Origin: Nemertoderma westbladi
Taxonomy: Eukaryota; Animalia; Xenacoelomorpha
Length of the DNA: 32,531 nucleotides
Reading direction: 5' to 3'
NCBI GenBank assembly: GCA_032718475.1
Contig: JAUCBJ010001222.1
Location: 1-32,531 of the forward strand
Below, one piece after another: positions 31,745 through 32,531 of the stretch (positions within the stretch are counted from its first letter, which is position 1; each line of letters starts with the position of its first letter). Position numbers and translations under genes: made by a program. The notes below the pieces were generated by a model. The model was given only the letters and a program-made list of their open reading frames with translations, searched no databases and was not told the DNA's origin.

Positions 31745-32531
31745 CTGAAATAAATAGAAATCCAAAATGTTTTAAAAAATAAACGTTTTTTTTTATTTTT
31801 CCAGAATGCAATTTTCTAAGGGTGAAGCATATAAATTACTATAGATAATTATCCTTTATAATGAAATTTTAGGTGATGAATGGTATAAGGTACCTTACAA
31901 TTAAATTATCAAATTTCAAATTTTGGTTACACAAAATCCAAAATCAAATCTCAATTAAGAAAAATTTGAATATTTTTTTTATTATGATTAAAATTTAGCT
32001 AAAAATTAACCATACTTAATTGTAATAATTAAAATGTACTATATAAATATACATAATATAGAAACATGGTGAATTATATTAGTTTATTAATTAGGATCAG
32101 GGATTAAATTGGATAAATTTAATAATTAAATTACTTCAATTATGGAACACATCTAAAACAGGACAGGTCTGCCAAAAGTACCTCTCGGTTTGTACTCTAC
32201 AGCTCAACCAAAGTTATAACCAAATAAATGAATCATACAAAAAAGGATAGAATAAAAAAAAATTGTTGGGCAATATTGTCAAAAGAATTCGATTGGTTTT
32301 ATCTTTTAAACGTGTTATGATATTTTTTAAAATTTTAAATTTTTTGCTCTTTTGGTTAGTTGACCTGGGCCGTGTAACTCAATCTAAAGATTGACCTTAA
32401 ACCTCCTTTGTTACCTTGAAAGTTTATCTTGAGTAAAATAATAAAGTCGATATTTGTTATGTTACCAGATTAAAATTAGGAAATTTTAAGTCTATCTTAT
32501 AAAAGGTTGACTTTGAAATATTTCAGATAGG

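Noticed and set aside
31505-31765. 86-aa single-exon KH protein as given in the ORF track
   Set aside because: Both ends run into intron sequence; splice sites delimit 31744-31575.

Overview
AT-rich eukaryotic (invertebrate metazoan-like) genomic DNA with spliced genes and dense repeats; I see nothing prokaryotic (no CRISPR array, operon or rRNA). Most long ORFs in the supplied track are artefacts of a 30-bp minisatellite. Hand splicing recovers the last three coding exons of an SHB/SHD/SHE/SHF-type SH2 adaptor gene (+; 4984-5149, 22120-22239, 22700-22877); its SH2 exons are absent from the ORF track. Its ~17-kb intron holds a ~6-kb minisatellite that starts at the splice donor, tRNA-derived SINEs, MITE/foldback elements and a nested intronless TspanC8-like tetraspanin. 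Downstream on the minus strand are an intronless HCFC1R1/CCDC117-like gene and the last two exons of a PCBP-type KH gene. The first 4.3 kb is retroelement-like: a deleted BEL/Pao element with a probable 3' LTR, then ~1.1 kb of RNA hairpins (one module duplicated with compensatory changes) leading into a decayed 482-codon CCHC zinc-knuckle ORF with a basic tail. That hairpin-plus-ORF cassette is the best candidate for an undescribed system. All family calls are by motif recognition; no database search was run.
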